Below are positions 48,692 to 62,300 of a DNA stretch of 64,000 bases, in pieces; the first letter of the stretch is position 1, and each line of letters opens with the position of its first letter. Position numbers and translations under genes: made by a program. Location of the stretch: assembly GCA_030704615.1 (NCBI GenBank), contig CM060734.1, positions 5,828,001-5,892,000 of the forward strand, read 5' to 3'. Source of the DNA: Takakia lepidozioides (lineage: Eukaryota; Plantae; Bryophyta). The notes under the pieces are model-generated. The model saw only the letters and a list, made by a program, of their open reading frames with translations. It did no database searches and was not told the origin of the DNA.

Positions 48692-49630
48692 GTTCGATCC
48701 CTCTCCTTGGCAGTCACAGTGGCTGCCGTGTCTCTAGTGCGGAGGTAGTCCAACACAGCCGAATCCTCATGTATATCTCTAGCACCACCTGGCTCATCAC
48801 TAGCCTCAGGGTCCTCAGACACTCCGTTTACAGTTATCCCTGTTGTAGGTCCAACCTGACCTCCCGATGCCAAGATACACAAAAATGCAGATGCGTGCTA
48901 TCCTGGCACCATCTCCTCGTCCGTCTTAACCATGTCACCGAGCTCTAGTGTCATCCTGCTGGCTCGTGCATGGATTGCGACTCAATCCATCCGCATCCCG
49001 ATTGACCAAACCTGGTCGATGCACAACCTGAAAGTCATACTCTTGGAGTATAAGTGCCCACCGTGCAAGCTTCCCCATAAGCTTGTCTGACTCCATCAAC
49101 CACTTGAGTGGCTGGTGATCTGTGACAAGGGTGAAGAGATTGCCATATAGATAGCACCTGAAGTGTGTCACGGCCCACACTGCAGCTAAGCACTCTCCCT
49201 CATATGAGCTATACTTAGCCTCTGCAGCGTTGTTCGAGCGGCTAGCATAAGCCACAACAAACTCTCTTCCCTCATCATCCACCTGTGTGAGCACCGCTCC
49301 AAGCCCCAACAGGCTCCAATCCATGTGCAGCTGAAAGGAACGCCCCCTGATAGGTCGTCTCAAGATGGGCGCCGAGGTTAACCTCGCCTTGAGATCTTGA
49401 AAAGCTCGTTCTTGCTCATCTTCCCATTGCCACTCCTGGTCCACCTTGATAAGCTTGGTTAGAGCCTTTGCAATAGCACTAAATCCCTTGACAAACGGTC
49501 TATAATAGTTTGCAAACCCCATGAAAGCTCAAACTCGGCTCACATCCGTGGGGCGTGGAATCTGTGCAATGGCCTCTATCTTAGTCTGCTGTACCCCCAA
49601 TCCTCCAGGATATATCATGTGATCCAGAAC
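48692..49630 (-). pseudogene. RT-connection/RNase H fragment of a second Gypsy family
   Basis: GFANYYRPFVKGFS...DWSLLGLGAVLTQ...YSSYEGECLA...TDHQPL...DADGLSR. Confidence 0.92.
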
Positions 49631-49639
49631 AAAAGGCTG

Positions 49640-51259
49640 GACTGTTCTCTGTCGTTTATGGATTTGGGACGCATTCGAAGGTGGTCTCAGAGAGGGGTGT
49701 GCCTGAGATGGACCGGCATTAGATGGTCCGGCATGTGAGGAACCACGGGTCTGCTGCACAACACGTTGGTTAAGGTGGAATTGTAGTGGCAGTTGTCATC
49801 ATCCGAGGCTTCAACTTCCACCCGGTCCAATGCAGCAGAATGATGCGTGTGTGTTGAAAACAGATCAACCCTATTGCTCCTTAATGCCCGTTGTGTTGAT
49901 GGGGAGTTGGATCGGTTTTCGGATTGTGGTGAAGCTGGTCATATCGGTGAGACATGTTCCCGTCTCGTCGACTGTACAATGGGTTTGGCACCATCGTTTG
50001 TATGAACAAGGTTGCGTACGTCACTCGGTCGTGGTAGATCATCACCCCCGAGCTCCATTCGGCCTCTGCCGGTGGCTTCAGCGTATACTAGGGGGCGAGA
50101 GTCGACCCCGACTTCATTTTGAAGACCATTTTCTGGGGAGGACACAATTGCAGCTTCACCCTCATCTGCGATACGTACTTCGTCAAGAAGGTCATCAAAG
50201 GTCAGGTGGATATAGACATTGTCCTCTATGAACGTAAACGGGTCATATGCATTGTCGGGAGCATCATCAGACCCATCTCCACTATCGGAGGCAGATGAGT
50301 CCCTTCGAGACGCAGTATCGTCACTCATCGAATCTGCCTCAGAAGCAGAGTCTTCGGAATGCAAGTTCCTCTCGTACCATGCTGCAGCATCATCCGCTGC
50401 CATCTCACCGAAGTTGGACGATTGGGCATCTTGGAGCAGATGGCGGCCTCACGCTGCACTTTTGCCACCCTCTTGGCCGGGGGTGGTCTTCAGTTCGGCC
50501 GATTTCGCTGCCAGAGCTCTTAAGTTCAACACCAGACGATCAAGGTTCCGTGTACACATCTTTCCCTGGACCTCAGTTCATATAATGAACTGTGACAAAT
50601 ATGCATGCCCTCACAAGCCGAGGTAAGCCAAAAGTATGCATGCAATCCATGCTCAGGTAAGTTGGGAATTTGCTGCCGTGTTGCACTGTTATCACCAAGT
50701 AGCTGGAACCTCGATTGGCCTCTCAACAAGCTCATGATTGACTGGGTGTCGGTAGGTGAAGACAATGGATGCAGTCCGCTCCCCTGTGCTATAGTGGACA
50801 ACGGTGTCGTGTCCTCCAATATATGCACCATCGTTTAAATGGAGATTTTTGTTGTGGAGCCTCTATGTCCATAGGACTCATCCTCGTAGCTTATGAGAAT
50901 GTCCCCATAGACTGTTTGCGAGGGAATCCGCGGAGGCTTGTATGTACACCCGATGCAATCGTCGTAGGACACTGGCAGCAATTCCAACGATACAGTAAGG
51001 CCGTGTGGCTTTTGAAGATGTCCCATGCAGGCGGATACTGCAGATCGACAATTCGTAGGCACCAGACCTGCACGAGGCTATCCCCGCAAGTGCGATCGTG
51101 GAAGCCAGGAAAGTACTCAAGAGCGGACAGGTGCACCCGTCTTTGCTGAGACTGGTCTATCCAATCCTGCAGGTATATAAGAATGTCCCTTGACTTGGGC
51201 TTGAAGTTCCACGGGGATCGAGCCCCGTTGGGGCAATTGCTGGGATCCCGACACGCCAT
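49640..51259 (-). pseudogene. Unknown TE-associated gene (Cys/His-containing N-half, acidic C-half), disrupted
   Basis: Chain of same-strand ORFs 50891..51259, 50835..51062, 50526..50831 and 49939..50403 from ATG 51259; no family recognised. Confidence 0.4.
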
Positions 51260-51699
51260 CGCCGAATAGTGAAAAGAGCTGCCAGGAAGCAGAGAGGGAG
51301 CGCTGGGAAGCAGACTTGCAGACCTGAGAGTATGGGAGGAGAGGAAGTGGGAGGAGAGGAACTAGTCCTGCTGGCCAGATCTGAAACGGAGTGGGTGTAG
51401 GGGGAAATTTGGACAAGTGGCAAACAAAAAAGCAGCAAACAAAAAAACAGCATTTAATATGCCCGTACCCGGGAATGAGGAGAAATTTGGAAGTAGTATG
51501 GATGACGTTCCATAAACCCTATAATTCATTCATCTTCCATGTCTCATCCGTTACTGCAGTTTGAAATATAGTGCTAGCCACGTGGCGGAAACGTAGGAAA
51601 CCACATGCAGCCGGGCACGTGGTGACGTTGCACTTGCGTAATCTTATTATTGCTCACGTAGGTCCACTTTTCATCATTTTCCGGCTTCTGCAGTGTGTT

Positions 51700-53565
51700 C
51701 AGTGATCTGAATTCTCCTCTGCTGTTCCCGACTCTTTAGCTTCTTTTCCATTGTCGAGGAGGGGAAAGTCGTGTTCATGGAGCACATTGAGGAAGAAGAG
51801 GAGGAATTCATGCTGCCCATGCAAACACGCAAGGTTCTGTGCAATCGGATGGTTGTCTCCCAGCAGACAGTGAGGGTGGTGGCGATAGACCTCCAAAGAG
51901 GATTGGGAAACTTCGGAAGAAATCCATGACTTCATAGGAAGCAGGAATGGTGTTCACGGCCACCACGTCCGGGGAGCGCGTTCCTATCTCCCCCATTTCT
52001 GCAAGCGGTGCCTCGTCAGGTCCAGCCACAAGCGCACAGGGAGTTGGGAGCACGAATCCTGGAAGTGTGTATGAAAACGTGTTTGCCGACGTTGTATTGA
52101 CTAGCAACATGCGCAAGCAAGCCCTGTTGTCATTGACGACATGTGCGATGAACCACACAATGAGCTCTATTTAGCACTTGCTAAAGAATGGGGCTCCTCC
52201 ATTGATTCCATTATGCAGGATGAAGCCCCTCCCGGCTGTGCGCATGGCTGAGCGCCCTGGCATCAACAAGCTCAAGCTGTTCTTTGAGGCCGACAGGTAC
52301 AACGATGCTCTTGCATCACTGTTGCTTTCTACCAACGACGACGGAGGACAGAGCCAAGAGATCGAACAAGCAGATCGGGATGCATGGTTTGTACATTGGC
52401 AGGCAGCGGATGCCGCATTTGAGGAGGACATAAAGAATACAGAGTGGGAATTCCTCTCAAACAAAAGGCTGCACATCTACGACATGAATCACAGGTGGTA
52501 CGTTTGGATGGAGGTAATATCCAAGCAGCATCCAGAAGACGCGAGCTGGCACTAACGGGTGAATGCAAAAATTATGGATGTGAGGAGTTTGGATCTGGGG
52601 CTAATTCGACGTGCAATGAATCGAATGAATGTGTGAGTGTCAATCCCCTTTTCTGCTCACATGAGCTTGGGTTTCATATCCGAATATGAGCGTTGCATTT
52701 GTGGATTCTGCATCAGAATAGGTTACAGATCAAGGATAAATTGTCATAATCGGGACCGACTATAACAAAGTACACACAAAGGGCACTGCACTGTAGCATC
52801 TTCTGCACAGTGAACAATAGTTAAACTCTGAACGAATTATTAAAGTTCCCCATTCAACAATACTCCCAGCAGTCTTGTTTAAGGTCGCATGTATTCCAAC
52901 TGATATAGTCGGAGCCGACTATAGCAGTTAGCAGATGTATAGCTCGACTGACCGTCATAGCCCTTTTTCGTTCTTGACAGTTTGGTGCAGTGATCGAGGT
53001 AGAACAAAACTGACACATTCATAGTTTGCAAGTTGTTGAGGCTGCTGTTATAGTCGGAGATGACTATAGTAGTTTGGTAGACTATAGCAGTTAGCAGATG
53101 TATAGCTTGATTGACATTCATAGGCATTTTTCGTTAACGACAGTTTGGTGCAGTGATCGAGATAGCACAAAACTGACACATTCACAATTTGCAGGTTGTT
53201 GAGGCTGCTGTTATAGTCGGAGACGACTATAGCAGTTTGGTAGACTGGATACGGGACCTATGCTATTTACCTAGAAACTATTCGGAGGTTCTTCAAGGTA
53301 GCAGACGAATTTCCATGAGGTCGTTGCCGACTAAAACGCCCTTTACTATGTGTTTTGCAGCGTTACAGATCGAGGAAATGTGTCCTCCGAGCTTCCACAC
53401 AAGCTATTCTACTTCCAGAAGTGCGCAACAATACTTGTTGAGAAGTTGAAACAGCTTTTCCACCAGACGTGTACAAGAAGTGCTTGAATAAGCGGGACAA
53501 GAATTGGATGACGATGTCGCGGGACGCTCTCATAGAGTACATGGGTCATGCGGGATTTCGTAGAA
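51700..53565 (+). pseudogene. Spliced ParB/Srx-like domain gene, truncated
   Basis: IPLCRMKPLPAVR...INKLKLFF...IYDMNHRWYVW (GxxR-box equivalent at 52481-52495); phase-2 intron 52633-53360 (GTGAGT...TTTGCAG) joins in frame to VTDRGNVSSELPHKLFYFQ; in-frame stops. Confidence 0.65.
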
Positions 53566-53784
53566 ACGGAAACGCCTGCTTGGATGTCCATGCGCCCCGG
53601 TTATCAGCGTCACGTCGTCAATCAGCGTCAGGTCACGCCAGACCTGACGCTGACGGGACCTCCGTCACGTCAGGTTTCGGGAATATTCTAGTAAAAAAGT
53701 ACCGGGTAAAATATTGCCACTTAAGCAGCCACGTTGCCGACACGGTGGCGGTGACAAATATATTTTGAAAAATAATAAAATGAA

Positions 53785-54685
53785 AGCGACCACCAATTTT
53801 GGCGGTCGCTTTATATTTCGAATTTAAAAAAATAAGTGCGACCGCCGTATTGGCAGTCGCTTAATTGTTTAAAAAAAAAACAAGATTGGCGGTCGCATTG
53901 GCGGTTGCTTAATTTAAAAAAGAAAAACAGCGACCTCCGTATTGGCGGTCGCATAATGTTAAAAATATACAAAAAACAAGCAACCCGCCATAAGGCAGTC
54001 GCTTAATTTTAATAATATATAAAAAACAAGCAACCGCCAGAATTGGCGGTCGCTTGATTTTGAAAATAAAAACAAACAAGCGACCGCCATATGGCGGTCG
54101 CTTAAATATACAAATATTAAAAAAAAAACCAACGACCGCCATAATATGGCGGTCGCTTTATTTTTAAAATATAAAAATTTAAGCGACAAAAAAAACGACC
54201 GCCACACCGGACAGTCGCTTATCTTAAAATAAAAAATAATGGCGACCGCCAAACTGGGCAGTTGCATAAATTTAAAAATATATAAAATAAAAGCAACCGC
54301 CACAGTGGCGGTCGCTTAAACTAAAAAATATAAAGATTAAAACCGACCGCCGTACTGGCGGTCGATGTATTTTCAAGATATTAAGAATAAAAGCTACCAC
54401 CATCTTGGCGGTCGCTTTATTTTTAATATATAAAGAAATGAAGCGACCGCCATATTTGCGGTCGCGTTATTTAAAAAATATAAAAAATAAGCGTCATAAT
54501 AAATAAAATTGACCGCAGTATTTCTGAAAATCAAAGGAAATAAAAGCGACCGCCGCAATATTGGCGGTCGCTTGTGTTTTGTAAAAATAAAAATACCGAC
54601 CGCAGTATGAGCTGCCGCTTAATTTTAAAATTATAATAAATATGGTTGTACCGCTTTTTTCGGGTGGGCACTATTGGTCGGTCAT
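53785..54685. repeat. Palindrome array B: AAGCGACCGCCA-n-TGGCGGTCGCTT units with A-rich spacers
   Basis: Roughly 18-20 units at ~40-50-bp period; core related to array A. Confidence 0.92.
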
Positions 54686-55039
54686 ATTTTCATTTCACTT
54701 TCATCCTTCCTGGAGCATATATAAGGGAGGAGGGTCACCAAGCTCCTCACTTCTTTTGGCGCAAACATTTGAGGTTGCTTTGGATGTTCTTTTCCATTGA
54801 ACGAGAGTGTAGCTCAAGAGGAGGGTGCGCACCTTTTGCCGTTGTGGCTTCCACCAAAGCCACTCAGCAGATTGTGTATAAACTCAACACTACAACGTGC
54901 ATCGACCCACTTGGGTTGGTGACATGTGTAGAAGTGTTGGGCTGTCGCATTGTACTCTACATTCATAGGTTCATATATAAGTCACTGTTTTTTGTTGCTT
55001 ACATCACTAGGGCCCAGGGGAGTGGATATTGGGTAAAGA

Positions 55040-56986
55040 TGAGGGAGGAATGAAGCCCTTGGTATACGGTAATCCCGAACACTGTCAGTGTCACTGAAAC
55101 TGTTGGGTACAAACTATGTGGACTGCAGCTTTTTTATCGTAAAGATCGGCTGTTCGCTCACCTCGGCTATAAAGGTGTGAAGAGCAATGGGGTGGGTTTA
55201 TGCCCAAAAGCATCTATGCGGATAATTTGCCCAGTGTGGAGGCAATTTTCCGATGTTTCTGGATCTAGACACGGCCTCTGAGCATAACACTTCATTTTCC
55301 CGTCAGGATGCCCCGATTAGTACCCAATGGGACTCTTGTGAGGCTTCAGGTGTTCTTGGACAAGTATGTTGTGCCGGAGCAACACCTGCAACAGCTCTTT
55401 GTACCCCTACATTTCAACGGAGTAGAGGATTACGGCAGCAATCCATGCATGAAGGCCTTAACTTGTCTGCGAAAAAACAGTTGGATAAAAAATGAACGCA
55501 GTTTTTCTTCGAGGCCAACATACCATTTAATGTGACAAGACTTTCGACATTTGTTTCAGCTGTTAAAGCAACCTCGGAGTCCAAATCCACGTACGTGCCT
55601 CCTTTTTATCACAATCTCCACACATGATTGCTAGAAGACGCCATGACAGAGCTTACCCAAAAAGTCAACAATAGGACGGGCGAGTCTCTGAGAAAATATG
55701 AAAGCACTATATGTGCCGATGGATGAAGTTTCGTTACAAACAGACCATTGTTCAATGTCATGCTCGAATGTTCAGCTGGGGAACAGTTCTTGGGATTGGT
55801 GGACAATAGTAGCAAGAAGAAAGATGGACGTTATCAATGTGGGCTATTGATGGACTTCATCGAACAGGTCAGAAGTGATAGAATTGTGTAAATATACACG
55901 GACAATGCCGCTAACATGAGGAACACTGCAGACATGTTATTGGCACGATATCATATGTACTACCAAGGCTGTGCAGCTCATATCCTTGATCTCATTTTGG
56001 AAGATTGGGGAAAAAAAACAGTGGGTGAAACAACTTGTGCGGCGAACGAAGATGGTTGTGTCGTTCATCCGCACACACCACATCCCTTTGGCAATATATA
56101 TGAGGCATGAACCAAAATACAGCCTCCGGAATCCAGGCGAAACCCGTTTTGTCATTAACTTCTTGATGGTGGATCGGTTGGTGACGATGAAGAGCAGTCT
56201 CGAGCACACCGTCATCGATTCTCAATAGGAGGCGTATACACGGACGTTGTGGGACTGCCAAGTCATTGGGCAAAAGTCGAAAAGTTCGGAACACCATTCG
56301 CAACGATGATTTCTGGAAGAAATGTGAGAACTTTATTTATATGAGTCGGTGCTAATTGTCTTGTGGGATGGAAAACAACCAGTAATGGGCAAGGCATGGT
56401 TACTAATGCAAAATCTAGAGAAGCATGTCCAATCCCTAAGGCATCCTCCTGAGCTTGCGGATAGTGCCGAAGATGCATTTTACGAGCGTCGGTCGATGGT
56501 TCGAACGAACTTGCATTATGCGGGGGTTGTGCTCAATCCATTCTTGCTCGACAAATACCATGCTCCGAGACGACGCAGATGCCAAGGCTGGCCTCGTATG
56601 AATACTCATGCGACTGGTTCCTTTGAACATGGCAGAGAGAGCTATATCCGAGTACCAATGTTTTTCACATCGCCGCGACCCTTTTGAGGATATGCCGGAT
56701 CCGAAAGAGCTCAACATGTTGCCCACATGAATGGTGGGATTTGATTGGAGCTGGAGCAAGAACATTGGCTCCTACTGCGACGCGTATTCTTGCCCAAGTG
56801 TGCTCTGCCTCATTTTGCGAACGCAATTGGAGCAGTTACTCATTTGTTTTCAACAAGATTCGCAACAAGTTGAATCCCGCAAGGGCTGATAAATTGGTAT
56901 ATGTGTATATCAATTGCCGACTGTCGGGCCCAGTGTCTGTCTCTGATGCGACCCGGAAAGTGAAGAAGAATGTCGTGCTCAGTTAG
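55040..56986 (+). pseudogene. hAT transposase (BED-like finger, DUF659, hATC), multiple stops
   Basis: FFEANIPFN, ICADG*, YTDNAANM, CAAHILDLILED, GETRF, HEWW, SASFCERNWS...RNKL...LVYV. Confidence 0.92.
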
Positions 56987-56999
56987 CAATTTAGAGTGT

Positions 57000-57850
57000 G
57001 TTTTGATAATCTCCATATCGAGGTTGAACACCGGCTGATCGTCTTCCATGAGGGCCACGTCCTCATTCCAAATCTCAACCGGCTTAGCGGGTGGGGAGGA
57101 GAATCTTGGCGCATTAACGAGAATGCCAGGACCTGACTGGCGCTGACTAATCCAGGACCCCCTGGTGTCTCTGAGATCTCTGTGAGGGCGGGAATTGGCC
57201 GAACGCCCTGGAAGACGTTCGCCCTGCAAGGGCCTACTGCTGCAGGAGAAGGGTAGGCTCCAACTCTGCGTGAACCCCCAACTGGAAAAGAGTAGGGCCT
57301 CATCTTGGAAAAGGGAGAAAACCTTGGAAGACACACTAAGCGACCGAAGAGGAGATTGGGGCTGAAGCAAAAGGAGGGCCGAAGGGGGGAGATTGAAGCA
57401 CGAACAGAAGAAGAGCAAGGGGGATCCAAGAGAAGACGTCCAAGCGGAGAATGGGCGGGAAAAACAGAGGGAGTCAAATAGGAGGCGCGGAGAATAATGG
57501 GGGGAAGACGGCGAGCAAATGATGAGCCGCCTAGGTCATAATGCTAAAGCTTAAGATAATGACGATAGGGGCGGTTCCTACATTGGGAGAAGTGAAAACA
57601 GAAAAGCTCCAACGGGAAGCAGCTTACAGCCAGACAATAGTAACCACGCAAACATAGAGAGATGCCGCCTTTTGGAAAAGACTGCTACAAGCTGCAGGGA
57701 GACTAAAGGAAGCGTGAGAGAGATAAGGGGATCCTAGGCCCGCAGGCATTCTGAGCCAAAATGGCCAAGTCCCGGGGGACTCACTCAGCAAACTGCGGAG
57801 CCCCCATCCCCCCATCCCACCTTCAAGTCTGTTAGTCTTTAGACTCATGT
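57000..57850 (-). mobile_element. Possible degraded LINE (L1-like) fragment
   Basis: KTNRLEGGMGGWGLRSL resembles the post-RT GGLG motif; weak. Confidence 0.3.
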
Positions 57851-59319
57851 GGCTCACGAATTAAAGCCTGATATTTTCCAAGGAAAGAAAAAAGAAAATA
57901 AAGGTAACAGGGGAAAGTTGGGTAATTCACTACCCGATGTCCAATATAGCACTTTAAACATGATGCCAGGAACTTCAGTTGCTGAAGTAAGAGAGCTGAG
58001 AAATCCATTGATATAGCAGAGTGACAAGAACTTGCTGGAGATGACGGACAGCTGTGTTCACAACAGCAGGACCTCATGATGTAGCACAGATGCACTTGGT
58101 ATCAACCTTGTAGTTTGCAAAAGCCTCGTTGAAACGAGGGGCAAGCAGCTACAGCGTTCCCAGGAACCATCTGGTGACCTTGCGCAGCCAACAGCTTAGG
58201 CTACCGAACAAGGGATGGATGAGAATGCTGCAGGGTTGCGGCCACCCCTTAGGAAACAGTCAAAGAATACAGACAGCACAGAGATTGAATCGCGCATCAA
58301 GGACTAAAGCATGAGACAAGGGAGAAGAGAGACGACATATCAGATTAGGGATGAGGCAGCAGATATGTGGAAACCAACAGAAATGTTAACAGGTTGATTA
58401 GGACACAAGTTGTGGTTGTAGGGCTGCAGAGCCACATGATGACAACCCAGCCCTCCTAGCACTAGTTTGTGCTGGATTGTCACTTAAAGCTCACCTGCAC
58501 ATTAGCTGAGGTTGAACTGAAGTTGTCACAGCTATTACAGGTCAAGGGCCGATCAAAGGTCCCCGGTTGTTGACCGATTTTTCACCCTTTAAGCTGATGT
58601 AGCAATGCCAATGTGAGCAATCAGAGACATAGATAACAAATATGGGTCTTGCAATGGGAAGTGAGCGACACACAAATTGGACAAAACAGGCCTTTGTGGT
58701 TTATCCACATGACTTGATACACAGGACAGAAGTCCCATGTAATAATTCCTCCAATTGAGCAGATGACTTACATGTGGTATCAAACAATTATTGAGACATC
58801 AGCTCAGTGACTGAGGGAGAAATAGAAATCTGCTCAAGTAGCGTACATCTATTATTGACTCATATTCTGGTATGTTACAGCCTTTGCCTACACAATCTAC
58901 GACATCTCTCTTCTCCCCATCCTCTTTTGGCCAAAAGCTGTTAATTCTGAGATCATTCACTCTCGTGGACATCATAAAAGACTACAGCCACTGTCTATTG
59001 AGACGAGAAGAGTATGAAACATCGTGGGAAACATCCTGTCTCTTTTCGGTGTTTTGGAAACTTTACACAGAGGAATTGGCCAAGACAAGGGGTCGCACTC
59101 TCACCAGTTGCAATTACAAATCCACCTACGCTAACACATCTGGCATCTTTAGACATCTACCATCCAACTGGCAACAGAACGCACCTTGTATTCTCAAAGT
59201 AAGCCCCCAAAAAACAGGGCAAGAGATATAGGAGAGAGAGCACCGATATGATGGACAGGTCCCACATGTGGGCCGAGGTGAGGATGATTAGTAAAGAAAT
59301 GTTTATAGTGTGTGGCTCT

Positions 59320-62300
59320 TTACTCCATGGCCTTGGGATCCCAGTCAAGCCCTTGCAGCTCATACAGTTGGCGAATGTTGCCAGAAGCTGTACAGCACAC
59401 CACCATCACCCAGCCATAGTCAGAAGAACAATGGAAGGGAGAACAGTCCTTTGCGATGAATGTTAGCTAGTACAGGAGAGTGGAAGGAAAAAGAGAGAAT
59501 GAGAGAGCACTGGCTCATACCAAAAAGCCATTCATGGAATTGGGCATGGATGGCAGTGGCGAGATCACGCTTTTTGCCGTCTTCCAGGGATACACTCTTT
59601 AGCATCTGCCTCAGACTCTCCACTGATTTACTCTGCTTTCCCAGAACAACAAACAACTTTAGTGGTTGAATTGGGGGCCAGAGAACATTACAGGCTCTTT
59701 TGATTTTGTGTGCTTTCGGAGCTGTCAACAGATAGACAAGTCACATTTACACAGTCGTGGTTCAAATGCACATAGGCCTATGCTGGAAATCAAATTAAGA
59801 AGGTCACTTCGATGCAAGGGAAGTCCCTGCCAGTGAGAATTTCTTTAGTTTTCTGGCAGAGGAGCGGGGTGGTTGTTGGCATATGCTTCATAGAGAACCT
59901 TTGTTATAACTGCCAGAACCTGGATCGGTCCACAGAGCAAGAGTAAAACCAGTGTCTTACCCTGTGTTGATGAGCTAACAGGTAGGGCTTGGGCAAGAGG
60001 AAGGGGTTAGCCCTAGTGAGGAGTTGCTGCTCCGACTCTGCTTCACACCACCTTGGAACCTGCCATGCAAATGGTGCAAATAGCTGGGAGAAGAAAACAC
60101 CAGTTTGGTACTCCAAACAGCTGGCTAATCCCAGAATATCTAGCAACTGTAAAACAATGAAGGAAAATAAGAAGAGCTCTACAGAGAATTGCACTGGGAG
60201 GCCTGCTTGAATAAGAAAGCTCTCAATGGAGGATGCATGTAAACTCAATTAGTAACATACCGTAAAATTTGTAAACTTCTCAGGCTTAAGTAGTGCCGCA
60301 CCCTCAGCTTGCACATCAGCAATGCCAGCAGGGTGGGCGAAGGAGTCATGCGGGTCAACCAGTCCCAAGGTTAAGATCCGATCCCATCTATTGACTGTCG
60401 CATCAACACCCACCTGTGCCAAATGCGCTTCCAACTTTGGATAGAAGGTGTTATATGGTGCCACCTACTCCACCCGTCACCCCATGCCTGACTTCAGAAA
60501 TGGAAGAAATCAGGGTCAAACAGTAATAGTGGTTTATCAGACTCCCAGCTATTGGTATAGTTTCCCATGCATATCTCTGAGTGGAGAGTTCAAATATATA
60601 TGCTTGATAGTTCTTTCCCTCACTAGGAATTGGTATCCCAAAAAATCCAAACTGTGGCAAAGCAGTTATTGCTGCAGATAGAAGATGCTAGCCCCTGCAA
60701 AGGACTAGATACCAAATGACAGATAGAAAAGCGATATCAACCACTGCAATCCCACAACAGAAAGTCTTTCTCCAAGGGAAAAATGTTGCACACCCATCCA
60801 TGGTACCCCTTGTTCTCTTGGTATGGCATGAGATGCACAACACTGCTTTAGAATTTTTGTTTCTTCTGATTAAGTAAAGCGATTTCGGGTGCTTAAATTG
60901 TACTTCTGAGCAAGGGGTTCACATACCACACTATTAAAATATAGTGCTGTGCACTGTATCATATCTCCAACAAAGAGGAAGTAAAATAGTAACACCAAGA
61001 AGATGGTCTTAGGTCTTACAAATAATGTAGTAATAAAAATGAAACATAAAATAAATTATTAACCTGGAGGCACAGCTGATTATAGCATGGAAGGAATACC
61101 AAAAATCTGAAGATTTCACAATTGACCTAATATGAATTCAGTTTGCACACTTAGTAGATGGCGAGCATCGATTGGAAGTACCATGTCATTGTACCTGCAG
61201 GTTGTGGTTGTCACCAAGAATGAGTGGCCGTTGATTGACTCCAAGATAAAAGAGGCATTCCCGGCAGTTGGCAATGGATATGCGCACAGTTGGCACGATC
61301 AATTGTACCCTTTCACAATTCTCCATTTTCACTGCCTGCACACATTGAAAGATCAAGCCTATTAATCCAATGCTCAAGTTCTATTGAAGCAAGAGGGCAT
61401 ATTGCTCATTATACCCTCTCATTATATCTCATTATATTTCTCATGCCCTGTTTCAAAGGTTTTGCTTGTTTAGGCAGGACTAAGACCATGTAAGACCACA
61501 AATCTAGGTGAGACATTTTGTCCACTTAAACCAAAAGAAAGACTGACTCCACTTATTGGACACACAACTTTCCTAAGAGAATGTCTCTTTTACCTTGCCA
61601 ACAGCACCCAGGACAATGATGGAGTCGGAGCAGCCAAACACGGAGACATACTTCAGAGGGGCCAGGACGTACACTACTGAATCATGACAGTGTAACACCT
61701 GCAGCAGTGCAGGTTATGTTAGTCCCTTGTCACTCAGTAATTAGATACACAGAGCACATCAAGTAATGCACTTAAACAAGTTTGATTGATGGTCAAATGC
61801 TGTAGGATCGACGCAACCAAGAGATGGCCTAACAGTCTGACAACCAAGTTCAGGACGGGCAGTGGTGTAAGCACTGTGTGTGAGAGAGAGGAGCACCTTC
61901 ACTGAATCCCCCTTAATATCCTGCTCGCCTTTCAACACTGAGGCCCTGGTCACTCCATCTACAAAGGTCAAACCTTCCGGGTGCCAGTCTTTTCGAAACT
62001 GCGAAAACCCATTGGGTAGAACGATGGTCTTGGTGCTGGACGGTGTCCCGCCAGTAATGCTCGCTGAGGCATCCAGCATCGTAATATCTGCTGCTTCTGA
62101 CGAAACAACGGCAGGAGGGCCATTCTCCTTGACCAAAGGCTTCTCCCGTAAATTTTCTGATGCAGAACAGATATGCTGTGATATCCACTCAAGCACTTGC
62201 ACCAGTAGTGCAGGGGCAGGTGGCATAGCTGGGTCCAAGTCGGCAAAAAAGGGGACTGCTTGAGTGAGGGGCACTGACTTTGAGTCTGCATCTTTTGCTC

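Noticed and set aside
53785-54685. CRISPR-like appearance of the palindrome arrays
   Set aside because: Eukaryotic context, degenerate repeats, low-complexity A/T spacers and no cas genes.
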